Part shown: in pieces, positions 40,677 through 54,855 of the stretch
How the letters are laid out: every line of letters starts with the position of its first letter
How positions within the stretch are numbered: position 1 is the stretch's first letter
NCBI GenBank assembly: GCA_905331295.1
Contig: CAJNYD010000011.1
Coordinates: 64,189-128,188 of the forward strand
From: Rotaria socialis
Lineage: Eukaryota
Reading direction: 5' to 3'
DNA: 64,000 nt
Program-made: the position numbers and the translations under genes
The notes under the pieces: generated by a model
What the model saw: the letters and a program-made list of their open reading frames with translations, nothing else
What the model was told of the DNA's origin: nothing
Databases searched by the model: none

Positions 40677-42011
40677 AATTATTGTTGTCGTCGTTTATTT
40701 GACAACAGGTCAAACATCAAACAAAAATGATATCATGACGACCAATACGATAGTTCAAGAGACGAGTAGCACCAGTGACGTCTGACTGATGAGAAGGTTG
40801 ATGAAGAACAAGCGCGGCGAACAAGAAGAACGAGGAGGAGAGGAGGAGAAGAAAGAGAAAACGAACCTCTTTTTCTGTCTCTCTTCTCTTCTCTTCTTTC
40901 TTTCTCTTGTCTTTCTTCCGTATGCGCTTTATGTGTGCGAGTACACAGTAGCGAGTATTTTCTTTCTTTTGCTTTGTAAGGTAAAGAATGGTTGTGGTTG
41001 TTGCAACTACTAACACCACAAAAAGGAGATGAAGAATACGACGACGACGACGACAAAAAAGAAAAGAGCACAAATGTATACAAACGAGATAAACAAATAT
41101 CTGAATTGTTATTATTTCAAAAAAACGAAAAAGAAACTAAATTAAGATACTACATGATATATACCTTAAGATGAGCTTACTAATTATTCGCTTTCATCTG
41201 AGTCATTTGAGACATGTATATGACAAAAAAAACGACAAGAACAAAAGCCTACGTAATGTAATTCAGTCTGAGAATATTATCGAGCATACACAGGCGACGA
41301 ATGATAATCACTTCAATCGCTATTCATTTTGTCGCCTAAGCGGATCTCACCTATATTCATATATATATACATATACATATAAGCAATACTAATGATGATA
41401 CATTAACGCGCCCTCCAACCTCGTTCTCTCTACGAGCCCTAATCACAATAAGGGTGAGTGAGAGAAAAAACCAGACAATGAACATGCGTTAGTGCTCAGT
41501 CTACTGAGTGCGAACATTGGAATGGCTAATTTATGCGTTGACTGCCAGTGACCATATGTACACCCGCCCATACATCTCTATGCATGGTATGATATATGTA
41601 CACATACGTATGTATATATATATGAATTTGCCTGTCGATGTAGGCTGGTCCCATAAGGGTCATTCATCTTTTTCTTTCTGATGCAGTGTCATTAAAGTAA
41701 CCAGTAAAATTTTACTTCAGGTACTTTATATTGATTACTGTCAATGACATATGTGCCCTACATCTGATATTAAATATAAAGTGTGTCTTTGTTCATGTCT
41801 GCAAATAAAGTGCGTGTAGTAAAACGTCAACCTTGATCTCAGCATATGCATATTCAGGCGATAGAAGAGGCAGCTAGTACTACAAATAGTATTGACACTT
41901 CAAGATGCTTTCTATTGAATAAACGACAACAATAACAACAACAACAAAAACATAACAAGTTTTATTCTATCATATAGCCTTTAGAATTCTACGGTTGCTC
42001 GATATAACTTA

Positions 42012-42055
<44 letters not shown>

Positions 42056-42240
42056 TTCATCGGCACTGAAAGTTCAAGGTTTAGCACTTGACAAATACAT
42101 AGAAAAGAACAGTGTAAATCCATCAAATGCTTCTTTTTTGTCTTCTCTTTTCACATTTCAATTTTAAAACAAATGAAAAAAGGTTATTGCAATCAATCGA
42201 TTACTACACATTTTCTTTTTCTTTTTTTTAATGGAATAAA

Positions 42241-45200
42241 TCAACTAAAATGAACACGTTTCTTTTTTTTAATATTTGGTTGATTCATTTGTTGACGTTT
42301 TTCACGACGAGTTAATTTTGGTTTTCGTTTACTTGTTTTCTTCATATGTTTATCATAGCGACGTTGTCGGGTAGCAAATGTACGTTCACGATCAAGTTCC
42401 CATTTGATTTGTTTCATTTCTAATTACAAATCAAATCAGATATAATAAAAATAAACAAACAAATTTACATACCTCTTTCATTATTCACTTGGAAATTTTC
42501 ACGAATATTTTGATTGCTGACTGTGTCATGTTCATTATCATCGAGTTGCACATCATCGGATAGTTCATCACCATCATTTAATGTAAAAGGACGATTAATC
42601 GTATCCTCATCCTCGTCATTATCGTAATCATCATTTTCTAGTTCATCGGTACGGTGAACACGTTGAACAGTACTATAGAGAAATGTTTTGAAAATACAAA
42701 ATAAAAATCATCAAACGATTTTAACAAACCTTGCAATATCTTCGACACTGTTATTATCGTTTTCATCAAGGTCGATTTCGTCTTTATCCATATCGTCCAT
42801 AAAATGATCTAATGAACATACAAACAAACAATAGAAATATTCAGTGATTTGTTTCACGAAAAAACAATCCTAGGTTACGGATGAATAAATCGCTTATGCC
42901 TTTCAGTATTCTGCATTATCGTTTGAAGTTCTCCTTTTGGGTAAATACGAAGTCATCACAGCTGAAATTTTTATAAGATTTTCTTTTTTTGATACTAAAA
43001 TAAAGCGTTATCAACGAAATCATAAACATATATTGATAATTATGTTAATGCTATTGTCAATACAATAGAGAAATACATTTTTACGATCTCAGAATTACAA
43101 TTACACCATAGGCTTTTACGATAGGAGAGATACCATACATTATAATATTATGTAAATTTATTATCTAACTAGTAGTAAGATTCATTTTTGTTTGTGATAA
43201 CTATATCTGACATATCAATGTTTAAGTTTCTCTTCAATATTATTCTTTCCATTAAAACTGAATCAATAAAAAAAGAACTAAATTATATTTATACTCTGAT
43301 GATAATATATAAAGTTCTCAATGCCATTTACTGTTAGACATATATACTACATATATATATATATATATGTTAAATATTCAAACAAATCTATTTTTTATTT
43401 TATAGATTTTGCCAATTTATGAAAGCCTGTCGACCTTGTTTGCCTGCACACATGCCTGCTATTCTCTTTCGTCAGTGTGACCGATCTGTTTATTTATCTT
43501 TCATATCAATGCTATGATAATCATTGAATAAAAAAAAGTATAAAAGACCATCTATATCATACTGAAATAACATAACGATACGAAGCATGTGCTAATCTAA
43601 ACAGAAAATGTCCCCGTCGAAAAAACACAAACAAAGAGAATATTAACATTTAGATAGAAACTTTGTTTTTGAACAAGAGAATTTTGAACATATCAAATGA
43701 ATACATCGAAAGAAACATTTCAACTGCTTTTGCCTAAAGACAAGATTAATATAAATCAAACAATCCTAAGAACTACTCTCTGATTTATGTAAAGTAGTAA
43801 TACTTATAACCGATTAGCAAGTGCGAAAAATAACGTAAATCAGTTAAATCAATCAATAGACAATGTCGTCACAAACTATGATGATTTTTGATAAAAAAAA
43901 ATAGGCCATGGCTAATATTTTAGTGATGAGAATGCTTCACTGTGTATATATATATATATACGTTTATTGCTAAAATAAAACTGACTGGGAGAAGCAATAA
44001 TCTAGTTTATAACTCTGATATGTACATATTGTAATTGAAGTGGAATATAGAAAAGAACGATTTCTATTTTAAATAAAATCAAACGCAGATTTTTATCAAT
44101 AAACAAATGCTTTAATCAATATTCAAGCATTCTCTATTCGATTTTGTTACGAAGCCAATATAGCATGATTAAATAGTTTTGTTACGAATCATAGAATCCT
44201 TCTAGGAGAAATAGTAATAATAATTATTATTATTATAATAACTACTTCTTCTTCTTCTTATGTGCCTCCTAGCTTTCAAAGACTTCTATGGTTATTCTAT
44301 GAAAATAGACGAATTTTTTTTGCTGTTGATATTAGCCTCATTTAATCTTGAGAGATACTTCATATTTTCAATATTTCACTCGTTGATTATTTTATAATAC
44401 AAACTTTGCAATTGAGAGAATATTGTCAACAATAGTCTCAATGATTTGTTTTGCCTAAGACTAAACAGTTTGTTTTAAAAAACCTTTGCTTACCCAAATA
44501 TTTATCAAATTCATCGTCTGAAACACTTGAAACGCTTTCATTATCATCAATGTCGTCTTCAGAAGATTTTTGTTTTCTTTTCTCCTGCGCTAATTCACTA
44601 TTTTCTTGGCGCATTTTCATAAATCTAAATAACAAAGTTTAATCTTGTTTTTCCTTGAATTTAAATAATAAAAACAGACGTATAAAGAAAACGTTCATCG
44701 ACTGGAATGTGCGCCGAATTTAATCGTGTATATTCACTGCTATCAACAGGCACGGCTTTAACACCTTTCGGTAAATAAAGATGGCCAGCAGCATGACGAG
44801 ATTTCTTTCTTAGAATTTCTAGTCAAATCAAATTTAAAAAATAAGTGTTAACGTATAAATATGTTCTATTTTACCATGTTTTGTAATTTGTTTCTTTGGA
44901 TTTTTATAAACAAAACGATCAAAAAATCGCATCGAATTAAAATCAACTAATGGATTACCATTATAGTCGATTGACTTTCCCTAGAACAGAATAAAAATGA
45001 TAATACAAGTAGAAATAATTGCAAAAACTAACCGAAGTGTTAGGTTCAAACACAAATAATTTTCTTTCTTTTACAATTGTCTTATAAGAGAGAAACTATA
45101 GAAAAGTACAAGGATTCACCACTGTCTCAGCTACTTGTAAATATCATTTCGTCCTCACTGATTACCAAAACAAATTTTGTAAAAAGTCAGTGAATTTAAT

Positions 45201-48200
45201 TGACGCAATGTATACACTTTGATGCAACATGTTAAGCTGATGTTTCTTTGAAAATCGATAATTGTCATTTTCTCATTAGTAACTGATTGGTTTCCGCAAG
45301 TGTGATCAAAAGTTGGCCTCGATAAGTTTGAATAAAACAATTGATTTGATACTTTTACGTAAAACTCGAGATAGATTTATAAACTACAGTACCACAAACA
45401 TTTATATAGACTGTGCAGCACACCTATGCCAGAGATATCTTTACATTTTTTCGCATGCGCTCTGTCATGTTTTATTTTACAGTTATTAACTTACATCAAA
45501 AATATTTTGAGCAAATAAGGCAACCGTCGGATGAGCATGATTTTTAAGAAACATCAATTCATGTAAACATGTATAATCACTGCCACAATATAATGGATTA
45601 CGCTTATGTATATCGTAATGAGTCGCATGATTGTGAGTTTTTTTATTTAAATTTTTATGATCCCATGAACAGACTTGCGGTACAATTTGTAATGGTTGAT
45701 TATCTTCTTCAGTAACAACATCATGAAAATGTTCTTCTTCGTCATCATCATCTTCCCCTGTTTTATCACCTTTTGATGATAGAATATTTGGTTTTTGAGA
45801 AAACAAAAGCAATCTTTGACCACTTGGATGTCGTTTGACGACTTCAGATATAAGTAACAGTATACCACAAATAAATGGTACATCATTAAAAAGACATAAT
45901 TGTAATAGACGTTTAATAAATGCCTATAAGTCGAATAGAATATTTTCGTTTTACAACATAAAACTTCTAAAGATAGGAAACAAACTCGTATGCGAGGTTC
46001 CATGGTATCTTTTAACATTGATTTAAATATAAGATTGAGAAATGTTGAAAGCATTTTAAAATTTTTCCATTCTGGTTCGGATAATTTTTTATATAATGCA
46101 TTGAAATATCGTTCATCTATTTCAGATCTTGAGAAATTAAAATTAAAAACACAATTCATTTTCTGTAGTTTTCTATGCTAAATTAATATTTACCGTTGTT
46201 CAGCGATACGAAAAAGTAATTGTAATGCTCGAACGCTGGTTTTGAAATTTGTTGAATGAACAATACGAAATAAATCATTGAGATGTTCCATAATATTTTC
46301 AAGATCAACTAAAATGCCAAATAGAAAGAGACTTAATCATAAGAAAAATCGACTAATCTTTGTTTATCATTCTCTAATATTATGCATTAATGGTCTCTAT
46401 TTCGATATCAACAAATCATATATACTTCAGTTATAATATGGTGACAACTACAAAATATTAGATAATTAAAATTTCTTTTTCTTGCTATTAAATCCTATCA
46501 AAAATTGTTTCATGATTCAATTATGAATAGAGAGTAGAATATCAGCTGTAAAAAATATTTAGATGGTTCAAGAGACAAAGACCAATAATGAGAGAGTAAG
46601 ATATTTTCTTTGATAGCATTTCTTGGTGACTCACAAGAAAAGGTTATGCTTTTCGAGTACAATTTCCAATGTTCACTATTTGTCGATTTGAAAAACACTA
46701 TTTTTGAGTAATGTAGTTATACGTCACACACAAGTCGTATTTCTTCTGGCTAATTCAGATTTATTTATATTATATTTTGCGTACTATTCTATCCTGCATA
46801 CAGATCAGTATTTACGTTTGAAAGAGCAGAGCACAGTAGGCTCTGGAGATTCCAAACAATGATAAGAACTATTCTTCCATTTATTAACAATGTGTTATTA
46901 TTTAGAAAGAAATCTTCTATGGAAGCATCACAAAAACTATACTATTACATAACTCGTGGTACCTGCCAGAGATATAACAAGGCTACTGTGAAGAAAAGAT
47001 CTAGTGTGTTCATTTATTGCTTTTGTTTGTCCTTGTATTGCTTTTATGTACTATTTAATATGGCAATGATAAGTGAATAGAAGTAGGAGGGTGGTATTAT
47101 AAGAATACAAAGAAATCATGGAGTATATGGATGATTTATAGATAAACTGCAATATTTCTCCATTGAGAATAGAGCACCAAGATAACATTAACATTGAGAA
47201 TAAAAAGGCTATTGCTGAGTAAAATGAATTCGATGAATTGAAACTTAAAACAAGAATAATGGCTCTATAATATTGTCAAGTAACAATAATCGATTAGAAA
47301 GAATAGAAACTATCTTATGCAATAGAAATAAAATTTCTCAGATAGTGTTTCATACTATTGATTCTAAAGAGACTTTGAAAATTTCTAAACAATTTTGAAT
47401 CGACTACTAATACTATAAGAATATTTTTTCAGTTTTTTTTTCTGAATGAAATATTACCTTTAGCAAATGAAATAGCTCGAGTAACGCCACCAAGAAGTAT
47501 AGCAAAAAATTTTGAACTAACATTTTCTTTGATGCTAAATAACTATAATTAAGTAAGGACAATTCCAATAAATCATACAAATAAGTTTCTTGCAAGCTTA
47601 CCCGAAACAGAGCAAAATAAATTTTGATAAGTTTATTCGCTAAATCATTGTCTTGACTTGTAAATATTATTGCTGTTAAACAACATAAAGCATAATGTCT
47701 AAAAACATAGTAAAGTAGACAATAAACAGAGAATCATAGAATTTTGAGTTTGTTTTGTCATACTGTGCACTTGGCCGAATGTTTTGTCGAAAGAGAAGTC
47801 GTTCAATTTCATTAACAAGAACATTTTTCATACCCGGATGTTTTTCCACTATGAAAATATTATTAAAATAATTGTACAAGACAGAAAAAAAGCAGAATAT
47901 TTTCATTTCCTTACAAAGTTGATTGAGTAAATGAAGTGTTTTGGAAGCAACAGTAGAATCTGGATCACCTAATTTATCAACAATTAATTCAAGTAAACGT
48001 TTTTCTTGTTCTGGTCTTTGAGATAATAAACGTTCGAGCATTGATATCGGTTTAATACGTATCTGAGCAATTGGATCATGAGCTATTTGCTAAAAGAAAA
48101 ACAGAAATCCAATGAACACTATTTGAAACTCAATTATGTATCAAATACTTGAAGTAAATCAATAAAACTTGAATAAAGTTGTTTAACTGTTTCTTCAACA

Positions 48201-48771
48201 AACGCAAGCGCAGCTGCTTGTTTTGTAGTCAGTTGATTTGGTTGTTGATTAATGAAAAATAAACGACGATTTTCCGGTAAATAAGTGTTAACGAAAACAT
48301 CTTCAAGAATTTCAGCTATTGTTAATGCATCACGACGATGTTGAATACTCGATCGTAAAAGATTAACTAGGTTTTCTAATTCTTGTAACCCATGAATTGG
48401 TGAGCGGCGTATCAATGTAACTAGAGCAGCGAGACGATCCTAAAATATATTTTTAATATAAACGGTAAATAATATTTCGATGAAATAACTGATTTTACTT
48501 TGGATGTTGTCGAAAGTGACGTTTGTAACCATTGATAATCAGAAGATTGATCTTTTTGATAGAGCTTCTGATAGAGATCATATTCTTCTCGATAGATTTT
48601 TTCACATTTTTCTTTATCATATTTTTCGTTGGTCGTTTTTGATGGCGAAGTAAGCGTTGAAGGATTTTCGAACGAATACCATTTTGGGATATCTTTACTT
48701 ACTTTGAAAAGCAGTTCCGCTTTTGTGGGAACAGCGGTTTGCGGTCTCGGTTTTTTCATTCTTGCAACCAT
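42241..48771 (-). CDS. CEBPZ: CCAAT/enhancer-binding protein zeta / Noc1-Mak21 (60S ribosome biogenesis, CBF domain)
   Basis: Exons 48499-48771, 48149-48439, 47915-48089, 47764-47848, 47602-47698, 47458-47542, 46194-46308, 45986-46127, 45495-45923, 44875-44980, 44680-44818, 44494-44624, 42730-42808, 42473-42672, 42241-42419. Motifs DRLAALVTLI, PEQEKRLLELIVDKLGDP, KHPGMKNVLVNEIERLLFR, YDIHKRNPLYCG, HAHPTVALFA, GNPLVDFNSMRFFDRFVYKNPK, KQIKWE; acidic tail. A possible extra 5' exon near 48841-48937 is unresolved. Confidence 0.88.
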
Positions 48772-49902
48772 CTATCAATATTTAATAGAAATTTAGAATA
48801 TTATCTTCATATTCACAATGAATGAAAGAATACACTGAACCGAAACCAATGAATACTGTAGTTGGTTGATGAGGATCGAAGAAAGATTGGATGTAGGGAA
48901 TACTTTTGCGTTGTAAAATGCTATAGATGTCACTCATATACTCAATATTTTATTTAGTTTTTATAATATTTTAGTTCGGTAGTTCGTTTTACTTGTAATA
49001 ATTCATCGGAATGCTTGAACAAATATTCATTCTTTTCTTTTTTACATAGGAGAGACGTCTTTTCGAACTGGAATTAATAAATAGTATGGTGGAAAAGGAA
49101 GCAATGTTCAAAAGAGTTGTTCAATTTAAAACTCTGCTTGATGAATCGAATCAACTTCAGCATTCAGTCTGCTCAAGGATTTTCATTAATGGGATTGAGT
49201 GACCAAAATTCGAATAGATATTTTATAACAAACAACTAGTACGAATTGAATCTATGTATATCTATCTATCTCATGAGATGTTAATTTTTGTCATGCCATC
49301 TATGAATTCTGGACTAACAGTACATACTGAAGTTGAGTTGAAGTAAAAATGAAATTTGGAACAACAGAAAAGTTCAACTGCGTATTGCCTCTTGGGTATA
49401 ATAAATATGTACGAAAAAATCCCTGTGATTAATTCAGATAGATGAAAACAGGAAATGAACTGATATTTTGTTGTGATTTTCTGTTTGCAAAAGAAATAAA
49501 TCACTATGCAGTTTTCAGTACGTCTAATGTTAGACTTATACTTAAAAGAAAGAGAACATACTCATTGAATCAAAACTACAACAGTAAAGAGGGAAAATAG
49601 CATTTTTTAAAATGCACCAGTTGCTAGATAATTGCTACGGATAGAGAAAAACCTTCCGTCGGTTAAAATTGCAAGAAGAAAAGTAGATTTGAGAGTGCGT
49701 CGGGAAAAAGAAATTAGTACAGAGGCCATTAACTATTCTAAATTACAATTTCTTTTTTATTTTTCAGGTTGCTTTGTTCAGCTGTATTCCGATGTTGCAC
49801 ACAATGTTCGAGAACATTTAAATATGGCGGAGGAAAAAAATGACTCTTTTACCTGTTTTTAGATAGAAAACAAATCAACAAGCAACCTACTATTCGAACG
49901 TT

Positions 49903-50229
49903 ATGTCCAATTCATTACACAAGACCATAATCGAGCAATTTGCTGAGGCCGTCAGTGGTCATCAAATAAATCAACTCGATAGTTTTCTCGAAGTAGATGT
50001 TCAGAAAACAACCAATTCGAAAATAATCTACAAAAATATTCAGGAAGCTCAAGATTATTACGGAAAGGAAAATTCAACTCAGTGGAAGATTCTGGAGTTT
50101 ATACAAGACGATCCAAATGGCAATACGATGCAGACTCGAATCATTCATGGTGACAAAACATACAAAACATCGTACACATTTAGTTCGGCAGGAAAAATTC
50201 ATCGCATCGATACTATTATCGAGCAATAA
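49903..50229 (+). CDS. Small intronless SnoaL/NTF2-like protein (108 aa)
   Basis: Pattern IIEQFAEAVSGHQINQLDSFLEVDV...EAQDYY...YTFSSAGKIHRID resembles the SnoaL-like fold (N-terminal helix, terminal F-x-x-x-GKI-x-x-I strand). Complete ORF; AATAAA at ~50334. Confidence 0.6.
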   Translation: MSNSLHKTIIEQFAEAVSGHQINQLDSFLEVDVQKTTNSKIIYKNIQEAQDYYGKENSTQWKILEFIQDDPNGNTMQTRIIHGDKTYKTSYTFSSAGKIHRIDTIIEQ

Positions 50230-50995
50230 TTGTATCCATAATTGACTAAAATTATAGTCTAATATTTTTATTTCAGTTATTGGTCATTCTATATTTATCT
50301 GGATCCTTTCACATTCTGTTATGTCCTTTTTCCAATAAATAACTTAGATATATGTCTCGGCAAGATTATATACACTCAAACATGTTTTCAAATTCTTGTC
50401 GAATAGAACAATTGGATTCAATTGATTCTATTTCTGGGCTGAACATCAATTTTTGATTGAATCGACATCATTCTGTTTGATTGATTTTAACAAAACAATA
50501 CCCGTAACTTGCATTTTTTAAATTAATATAAATTATGACAAATTAATATTACCATAAACGGTTTTATTTCTTCCTATTATTTGACTTTATATTAAAATAG
50601 TTCGATAAATATCAACTGAGTAAATATATTCTATATGTCTTGTTACATCGAAGTAAAGCATTTTCAGACGATCAGTGAATCGGATGTATGGATGTGGGTC
50701 TCTTCCATTCATCTACACCCTCTATTTGAAACCTTTTTTGTTGAATTATAATAGGCATGACGTGCCGTAATTTTGAGCAGGAACCATTAATCCAAGAAGA
50801 GACTTCTTCAGTTCGGTACAAAAGAGAAACCAATTGGTTTTTAGAGAGCGTGTTGGCGATCAACTACATCAATGAGCATAATAAACTTCTATTAACTCCG
50901 AATTTTTCTAATAAACTCTTTCCATAAGATGCTTTTGCCGTAATATTGACTTAATATCAAACTACTCGTCAGACACTAGAATTAGAAATTGATTA

Positions 50996-51611
50996 CCCTG
51001 TCTAGTCTAATCCGACCCGGTCATTTTATCCTGTTTTTCCTTCTTTTTCCTAAATTTACGCCTATTTTAAGTTATAGAAATCGTTAAAAAGCTTTTTTGG
51101 GTAGGAAAACGATGTGAATTTCAACTATAATCAACATGAAAAGAAGGCTTCGAAAATAAATTATCGTTAAGAGTAGAGATTTCAAGTATTAACACTTCAT
51201 ATAACTCAGCAATATAATGATCATCATTGATTTCATATGCCTCAAACAGATTTTGATTGCTCACTCGACTCAACATCTAAGTCAACATATTTGCTGACAA
51301 ATAATGTGAATCAGTCATTTGTTAATGATCACGTGACTTTTATGTCATTTTGGATCCATGTTTTAGTTCTCGTCAGTTATGTGACATATTATTTTATTAA
51401 ACCAGAAAAGAAAAGAAAATTTATATTGTTTAGTGTTTTTAGAAGCACCACTCATTGTGTCACGAGATGAGCCCATCTTTGTATTAAATTGCCGGCAATG
51501 ACATTAATGTCAATTTGATTTAACTATGGCTTTCGGGTGAAATTCATGATTTTCTTTACCAGTTCTGGTATTGCGCTGAGATACACTATTGGAAAGAAAA
51601 GTCGGACAGGG
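50996..51611. mobile_element. Putative Tc1/mariner-type non-autonomous element
   Basis: CCCTGTC ... GACAGGG inverted termini with TA on both outer sides; CCGAC/GTCGG motif near both ends. The TIR is short. Confidence 0.4.
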
Positions 51612-52152
51612 TATGAGGTGTGAGTGTGAGGAAAGGCGGGCATGCGCGTCTACACGCACACACAAGCCAATTTAAAAATTTTATAATTTATAAAAACTAA
51701 ATCTTTTCCTGACGATGGCGTGAAAACATGAACGCGATTTTTTTGCATTTATATTCGAAGTCGAATTAGGCAGCTACTCGAATGAATTATAGCTGTTATA
51801 ATCGACATATTTTAGAAATCGTCTTTTAAACATTGTACTCCATACCAAAAAAACAAAGACCACTGATTGCTTTTAGGTAAAGTTGTTCACTAATATTTAT
51901 TATTTCTTTCTAAATGATATACAGAGTGAAAAGTAAAAAGAAAAAAATGACTATATTGCTTCTTATTTTCATTCTTGTATTCTATGATTTCAATCATATG
52001 CCATTAGATAATGTTTAAAACTCTGCTAAATTTTTTCGAATCGTATTCATTATTAATATGGCTATCGATTAGATTTAGCTTTTGAAAGTACATGCACTCA
52101 TTGTAACCTGTTATTTCTAAAAGAAAGATTTAAAATATATCAAGTCCATTAT

Positions 52153-52449
52153 CCCAGGTCGAACATTCCGGTCACCAGATCCCGTAGGATACTCCAGGAA
52201 ATATGCGGGAAAGTTGCCATATCCTGCAGGAAAACACGGGAAATCGCTGGAACATGGAAGCAGTATTCCGGTCAAAAATACGGTCGAACTTTTCCCGCGG
52301 ATTCCTGCCGAGTTCCGGTGCTTTCCGGCAGGAATTGATCAAAAATCACCGAAAAAAATCCGAAAATTTTCCAGCCGCAATATTGCTTCCACAAAATCGA
52401 CGGAACTACCCGGAATCGACCGTTTCCAGGCGGCACTGTTCGACCTGAG
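52153..52449. mobile_element. MITE of the CCCAGGT-terminus family
   Basis: TIR CCCAGGTCGAACA vs TGTTCGACCTGAG (12/13). GC-rich interior with CCGG/CAGGAA repeats. Confidence 0.75.
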
Positions 52450-54660
52450 TATGGAAGAGATCACTTTAAGAAATATTGCTGGATCAAGCCATTAGAATGT
52501 AAATAATCGCGTGAAGCTTATAATTCTGTCAGTGAAATGGTTTTTAGGTTTGGAGACTCAGTTTTCTCCTATCAGATAATGAACGTGATTTTATCAATGA
52601 ATTAATATACGTATATCCTACAACCTGAATTTTCAGGTTCGCATAATTATGCCACAAATATTTTTTTATGTTAAAGATTATATAATATAATAGTTCGTTA
52701 AAAGAGTACTAGCAAATGATAAGCACAATAAATGAGCTGAATGCGTATAGCAATACACTAGGCATATATCCTCTTACACTGAACGATAGACCAATCAATT
52801 CCCTACAAGATCGAAACTTCATCAAACCATTATTGAAGCTGTAATTTCAGTAGTACTTTATCTTAGCTAATTCTTTTCCAAATATGGACTAATACGATAC
52901 AACACGAGTTATTAGATGAATAAACCAAAGCTGTTATATTTGCATGATAGATTACAGACTTTAAAGTTGATTTACAATCACATACAACTTGAATAAAACA
53001 GTTATTTTGAGTACTTTCTTTTTAGTGACGTACGTATGTATGATGAAGTATGAGAGAAGAAAAGTACTAGTTAGTGAATTAAATATTTTATTCGCCTTCG
53101 CTCTTTGTAAAAGAAGGAAAACTCGTAAAATAATATTATTTCAATTTTATAGGTGAATTTAATGAACGTTCTACTATTGAAAGAAAATCTGTTAACTGAA
53201 GAGTAGTTGTCTCTTTTATCTCATTTTCTCTCGCTGTTGTCTAGTTCTTACTTAGATAAAAAAAAATACCTCTCTAGGGGTTCGAAAAGCTTTTTATCCT
53301 AGCTATTATAAAAATTTTCGTTATCCCAGCTGCAACAAAATTTCCAAGATTATTCATTAGAATGATGAAAGATTGTATTTATTATTCATTCATTGTTCAA
53401 AACAAGTCATCAATATCAATATTTTTCTTTAGGATTCTGACTGAGCAATTCGAGAGTTTTAAATGTGTTTTTCAGCAGTCAGTGATATTGTATGCAGAAC
53501 AGAAATCTAATCACGATGCAGCTGATTTTTATTTTCGTGAAACCGAAGTAAATCCATCTTTCATATAGACCAACCTAACAACATATTACTAGAACTGTAG
53601 AAGACTGTCAAATTAAATATTTAACAGGAAACAATATTTATTGACGGACTATACATGAATATCTCAATACTAAAGAGTTCATTTCAATTTTTTCAGATGT
53701 AGTTTAGCTATTATTTTGAATGAAACGCCTACTCTACTATACACTTAAACACAAGTTCTATAACAGTCGATATAAAATTAGAAAGAGAATTCAAGTTTTG
53801 TTTATCATTGTATACCATTTATCACTTTGTTGAGTTAGCTCATTTGCACCAATATCTAGCTGAGAAAATGATCACATTTACAAAAGCACCATTAATAGAG
53901 AATAGGAGCCAATGAGATGTTAATTGAGTTTCTTGACAGTGTATACACATGTTTTTTGTGTGCAATATTTTTAGTTTTAGGATAAGGTGAAGGACTTGAA
54001 TAGTGTTTCATTGCACTGAGTCAATGGTGTCTTTTGAGGAATCTTCAACATGATCTTTCAAACGAAGAATAAATTTGACATTTTGAAAAACTCGTCCAAC
54101 GTCGTATAACATCCGTTGACCCATTCTCTTCGTTAATTGTTGTGTTATGCTTGAATTAATAATAAACTAGAAGGTATTCGAGTTTCAATTGTATACGAAA
54201 TGCGATGCGAAGCTCGAATAGGATCTTTACGAAAAATCTTCAATTCAGAGAAATCTTGAATACTTTTTGTGTCGATATGATGAAATTCATCACTGAGAAA
54301 ACTCTATTCTTACTTAGCGACATATTCTTAGGGGTCAATTTCGATTGATCGATTAATTATCATCATGATTCATTATCTTAGATCAGCTGTAAATGAATAG
54401 GCTACAGTGGCTGAAATATGTGCATGACGTCATTTTAATTATCTCTTGATAAATTTCTTTCATTTTCGTCATTTTGGAACGATATTTGTGAGTGAATGGA
54501 ATATCAGATTAAAGAATAGAAAAAATATGTTAGAAGTTCGATCTCGATACTTTTATCTCCCATTTCAATGAGTTTTCTATGATTTTTGGTTCACGAGATC
54601 ATTCGGTCACAAAATGACAATTCGCGATGCGAACACCGAGAAAGTAAAAGAAAAAAAAAA

Positions 54661-54855
54661 CTCGCGACGGACTACATAAATACTATGCTTCGCATCGCAT
54701 TAAAAACTCGCGACGAACAACAGAAATGCTTCTGCTTCGCATCGCATTAAAAAAAAACTCGCGACGGACTACAGAAATGCTATGCTTCGCATCGCATTAA
54801 AAAGAAAAACTCTCGACGAACTACAGAAATGCTATGCTTCGCATCGCATTAAAAA
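54661..54855. repeat. Minisatellite: 4 copies of a ~41-bp core separated by A runs
   Basis: CTCGCGACGGACTACAGAAATGCTATGCTTCGCATCGCATT starts at 54661, 54707, 54758 and 54810. Confidence 0.9.

Noticed and set aside
40717..41174. Overlapping ORFs on both strands
   Set aside because: GA/CT-rich low-complexity sequence, most likely the sacsin 5'UTR/promoter.
48841..48937. Upstream coding exon of CEBPZ (MSDIYSILQRKSIPY...)
   Set aside because: Could not fix a convincing donor in the phase required by the acceptor at 48771; left unresolved.
52203..52495. ORFs of 81 and 93 aa
   Set aside because: They lie within the GC-rich MITE and have no recognisable protein similarity.
54661..54855. CRISPR-like array
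   Set aside because: The units are near-identical over their whole length with only A runs between them. There are no unique spacers and no cas genes, and the context is eukaryotic.
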